Part shown: in pieces, positions 18,976-21,928 of the stretch | Layout: each line of letters starts with the position of its first letter | Position numbering within the stretch: the first letter of the stretch is position 1 | Origin: an uncultured archaeon | GTDB taxonomy: Archaea; Asgardarchaeota; Lokiarchaeia; Sigyniarchaeales; SOKP01 | Reading direction: 5' to 3' | Length of the DNA: 21,928 nt | Assembly (NCBI GenBank): GCA_964632315.1 | Contig: CAZWEM010000027.1 | Span: 33,614-55,541 of the forward strand | The notes under the pieces: model-generated | Databases searched by the model: none | Told to the model about the DNA's origin: nothing | Seen by the model: the letters and a program-made list of their open reading frames with translations, nothing else | Program-made: the position numbers and the translations under genes

Positions 18976-19215
18976 ATGTCAGAAGAAGAACATAAAGTTG
19001 AATATACCACGGTTTCTATACCAAAACCACTAGCAGATAAGGTAAAAGAACGAATGAAGGGTACTGGCTTTTCTTCAGTTTCAAGTTATGTTACTTACGT
19101 ATTAAGGCAAGTACTTTCTTCAATTGAATCCGAGGAAAAAGAAAGAGAAGCTTTTACTGAAGAAGAAGAAGAGAAAGTAAAACAAAGACTTCGAGATCTT
19201 GGCTATATCGATTAA
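18976..19215 (+). CDS. CopG/ribbon-helix-helix protein with acidic C-terminal RLRDLGY tail
   Basis: YTTVSIPKPL beta-strand, helix A, GFSSVSSYVTYVLR helix B, then EEEEEKVKQRLRDLGYID. Confidence 0.88.
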   Translation: MSEEEHKVEYTTVSIPKPLADKVKERMKGTGFSSVSSYVTYVLRQVLSSIESEEKEREAFTEEEEEKVKQRLRDLGYID

Positions 19216-19256
19216 CTTTGAAAAATAACAATAGTTAAAAGAGTGAGAGTTTTAAC

Positions 19257-20405
19257 ATGATTCAACCACATGGTGGAAGATTAGTCAATAAAGAATTACC
19301 TAAAATGGAAAAAGAAAGGATTTTAGGTGAATCAGATGAGTTTTATAAAAAAACTGTTAATCCCCAGACGTTAAAGGTAATAAAGAACATTGCTTATGGG
19401 GTTTTTAGCCCATTAGAAGGATTCATGAATGAAAATGATTTTCATTACGTCCTTGACGAAATGTATCTTCAAAATAATTTAGCGTGGCCAATACCGATTG
19501 TACTTGATGCTGATAGAGAAGAAACCCAACAATATCAAGTGGATGATCGGATCATTTTAACCAATCAATCTGGAATTCCCCTTGCTATCATGTCAATAGA
19601 GGATATATATAGTTATGAAAAGCAAGAATTCGCAGAAAAAGTATATGGAACGTTAGATCAGAATCATCCTGGAGTACAAAGTGTTTACGATCTTAAAGAA
19701 ATACTAATTGGGGGAGAAATATTTTTATTAAATGAACCTAAAGCTGTTTTTCCAAGTTTAGATCTAAAGCCTTTAGAAACACGAGTGCTATTCAAACAAA
19801 AAAAATGGGATAAAGTGGTCGCATTTCAAACTCGGAATCCACCTCATTTAGGACATGAATACGTCCAAAAAGCTGGCCTTACTTATGTCGATGGTTTATT
19901 CATTAACCCTGTAATCGGAAAGAAAAAAAGCGGGGATTTCAAGGATGAAGTTATAATAGAATCATATCAAGCATTAATTAAAGAATATTATCCTCAAGAT
20001 AGGGTAGTATTAAGCACTTTTGAAACAGAAATGCGATATGCTGGACCAAAGGAAGCAATATTTCATGCAATAGCTCGAAAAAATTTTGGATGTGATCATA
20101 TCATTATCGGTCGAGATCACGCCGGAGTAGGAAATTATTATGGACCATATGATGCGCATTACATCTTTGATAAATTTCCTGACCTTGGAATTGAGCCAAT
20201 TAAATTTCGATCTTTTTCAAAATGTAGCAAGTGTAACGCGGTTGTTAATGATAAAATTTGCCCACACCCACCTGAAATGCAAAACTATTTTGCTGGGAGG
20301 GATATTCGAGCCGCTCTTAGTGCAGGAAAACCACCCGACACAGAAGTAATGCGTCCTGAAGTAGCAGAAGTCATTTTAAAGTATAAAAATCCTTTTGTTG
20401 ATTAA
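19257..20405 (+). CDS. sat: Sulfate adenylyltransferase (ATP sulfurylase)
   Basis: PHGG, FSPLEGFM, WPIPI, FQTRNPPHLGH, MRYAGPKEA, GRDHAG, CxxC...CPH zinc site. Confidence 0.97.
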   Translation: MIQPHGGRLVNKELPKMEKERILGESDEFYKKTVNPQTLKVIKNIAYGVFSPLEGFMNENDFHYVLDEMYLQNNLAWPIPIVLDADREETQQYQVDDRIILTNQSGIPLAIMSIEDIYSYEKQEFAEKVYGTLDQNHPGVQSVYDLKEILIGGEIFLLNEPKAVFPSLDLKPLETRVLFKQKKWDKVVAFQTRNPPHLGHEYVQKAGLTYVDGLFINPVIGKKKSGDFKDEVIIESYQALIKEYYPQDRVVLSTFETEMRYAGPKEAIFHAIARKNFGCDHIIIGRDHAGVGNYYGPYDAHYIFDKFPDLGIEPIKFRSFSKCSKCNAVVNDKICPHPPEMQNYFAGRDIRAALSAGKPPDTEVMRPEVAEVILKYKNPFVD

Positions 20406-20434
20406 AACAAGATAATAGGTTTGAGGATGTTTAA

Positions 20435-21823
20435 TTGAGTAATAATAAAAAAGTCTTACTTATTGGGTTAGATTGTGCTACACCACGCACCCTTTTTCAA
20501 GATTTCATAGAAGAATGTCCAAATATAAAAAAGTTGATGGAAAACGGTGTTCATGGAAAACTAAGAAGTAGTGATCCTCCCATTACTGTTCCCGCTTGGA
20601 TGGTAATGGCAACAGGCAAAAAACCAGGCACGTTAGGAGTATATGGATTTCGCCATAGAAAAGGTAATTCTTATAATGATTTTTGGGTGGCTAATTCTCA
20701 GACAATTAAAGAAGAAAAAGTCTGGGACATTATTAGCAAGGAGGGTTTGAAATCAATTCTTTTAGGAATTCCTCCGACTTTTCCGCCTCAACCGATAAAT
20801 GGAAATTTAATTACAGGATTTATTACTCCCGATGCACGATCAAATTTCACCTATCCTCCAGAATTGAAGGAGGAGATTATGAATAACGTGACGGATGATT
20901 ACACTTTCGATGTTTTATTCAGAACCGAAAAGAAAGAAGATTTACTCGTAAATCTATATAAGATGACTAAATTACATTTTGCTACCGTTAAATATTTAAT
21001 ACAGAATAAGGAATGGAATTATTGTCAATTTGTTATCATTGGTTTGGACAGAATACATCATGGTTTTTGGAAATATTATGATAAATTTCACCATAAACAT
21101 GAACCAGGAAACATGTTCGAAAGTGTGATTAAAAATTTTTATAAATTTCTTGATAAGCAAATTGGTGAACTTTTAGAACTAATTGATGATAACACTACAG
21201 TCATAATCGCTTCTGATCACGGTGCTAAGGCAATGAAGGGATGTTTATGCGTGAATATGGCTTTACAAGAATTAGGTTTACTTAAATTCAAAGAAAAAGC
21301 TAAATCAGGAACTCGTTTAGAAGATGCTAAAATTGATTGGAATAAAACCTATGCTTGGGGGTGGGGGGGATATTATGCTCGCATCTTTCTCAACTTGAAA
21401 GGTCGTGAGGATCTTGGAATAATCGAACCAGAAGAATATGAATCATGGAGATCTAAAGTACAAGAGTTATTGAAAAGCGTTCCTGATGATAAGGGAAAGC
21501 CAATGAACACAATCATTCATAAACCAGAAGATTTGTTCCAAAATGTTCGGGGTGATGCACCTGATTTGATGGTTTATTTTGATGATTTGAATTGGAGGTC
21601 GGCGGGTACAGTTGGATATAAATCAATGTATTTAGATGAAAATGATACTGGTCCAGATGATGCTGTTCACGATTATCATGGGATTTTTATCATATCAGAT
21701 CCGAAAAAGAAGATAGGTAAGAATCTTGGGACTAAGAATATATTAGATATCGCCCCAACCATTTTGAATATTTTTGGAGTCGAAATTCCCGCCGATATGG
21801 AAGGTAAATTAATAGAATTTTGA
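20435..21823 (+). CDS. AlkP-superfamily COG3379-like protein between sat and cysC (predicted Thr nucleophile)
   Basis: GLDC, SSDPPITVPAW..MATG, YGFRHR, DRIHHGFW, SDHG, WGWGGYYARIF, ENDTGPDDAVH, DIAPTIL..MEG. TTG start with GAGG upstream. Confidence 0.9.
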   Translation: MSNNKKVLLIGLDCATPRTLFQDFIEECPNIKKLMENGVHGKLRSSDPPITVPAWMVMATGKKPGTLGVYGFRHRKGNSYNDFWVANSQTIKEEKVWDIISKEGLKSILLGIPPTFPPQPINGNLITGFITPDARSNFTYPPELKEEIMNNVTDDYTFDVLFRTEKKEDLLVNLYKMTKLHFATVKYLIQNKEWNYCQFVIIGLDRIHHGFWKYYDKFHHKHEPGNMFESVIKNFYKFLDKQIGELLELIDDNTTVIIASDHGAKAMKGCLCVNMALQELGLLKFKEKAKSGTRLEDAKIDWNKTYAWGWGGYYARIFLNLKGREDLGIIEPEEYESWRSKVQELLKSVPDDKGKPMNTIIHKPEDLFQNVRGDAPDLMVYFDDLNWRSAGTVGYKSMYLDENDTGPDDAVHDYHGIFIISDPKKKIGKNLGTKNILDIAPTILNIFGVEIPADMEGKLIEF

Positions 21824-21856
21824 AAATATAATCAATAAGAAATCAAAAGAATAAAA

Positions 21857-21928
21857 ATGGAGCATAAAGGATTTACATTATGGTTTACTGGATTAGCTTG
21901 TTCTGGTAAAACAGTATTAGCTAATGCT
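21857..21928 (+). CDS. cysC: Adenylyl-sulfate (APS) kinase, N-terminal 24 aa; runs off the right edge
   Basis: Not in the ORF track. Translation MEHKGFTLWFTGLACSGKTVLANA matches the CysC N-terminal WxTGLxxSGKT P-loop and lies downstream of sat. Confidence 0.88.
   Translation, partial: MEHKGFTLWFTGLACSGKTVLANA

Noticed and set aside
1798-20349. Short ORFs 1798-1980, 2573-2818, 3470-3652, 7526-7714, 10846-11040, 11611-11841, 17049-17234, 18603-18803, 20140-20349
   Set aside because: They lie antisense or out of frame to well-supported genes, wholly or largely overlapping them, and have no recognisable motifs. Treated as shadow ORFs.
2658-21823. Calling the AlkP proteins formylglycine-dependent sulfatases
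   Set aside because: No C/SxPxR motif. The nucleophile motifs are of the NPP/COG3379 type.
19257-21928. Dissimilatory sulfate reduction or cysteine-assimilation operon
   Set aside because: No aprAB, dsr, qmo, cysH, cysI or cysK in the window, and the context is glycan biosynthesis. Genes beyond the right edge cannot be seen.
1-21928. CRISPR arrays, tRNA/rRNA genes, IS elements, integrases
   Set aside because: No regularly spaced repeats, no GC-rich structured RNA-like segments and no transposase or recombinase motifs found by reading.

Overview
AT-rich window, probably archaeal. An Asgard/Lokiarchaeia-like origin is inferred from protein style, frequent TTG starts and an archaeal-type RHH-sat arrangement, and is not proven. 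The whole window is a cell-surface glycan biosynthesis locus with sulfur-activation genes embedded in it. Glycan genes: two GT4 and two GT2 glycosyltransferases, a Wzx/MOP flippase, Gmd-like, Rmd-like and GalE-like SDRs, a SAM methyltransferase plus a probable methyltransferase remnant, and a 1009-aa GT-C-like membrane protein. Sulfur genes: UDP-sulfoquinovose synthase (SqdB/Agl3) with an extra Cys-rich N-terminal domain, thioredoxin, ATP sulfurylase (sat) and the start of APS kinase (cysC, not in the ORF track). Four cytoplasmic AlkP-superfamily (COG3379-like) paralogs are interspersed, one of them a partial gene at the left edge missed by the ORF track. No canonical sulfotransferase or APS/PAPS reductase is visible in the window. 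Main hypothesis: a non-canonical glycan sulfation/sulfonation system in which the AlkP-fold proteins act as sulfo-transfer enzymes. A small RHH protein carries the acidic 'RLxxLGY' tail that the three complete paralogs lack, and an AlkP / Cys-rich SqdB / thioredoxin module may supply sulfite. No RNA genes, CRISPR arrays or mobile elements were seen.
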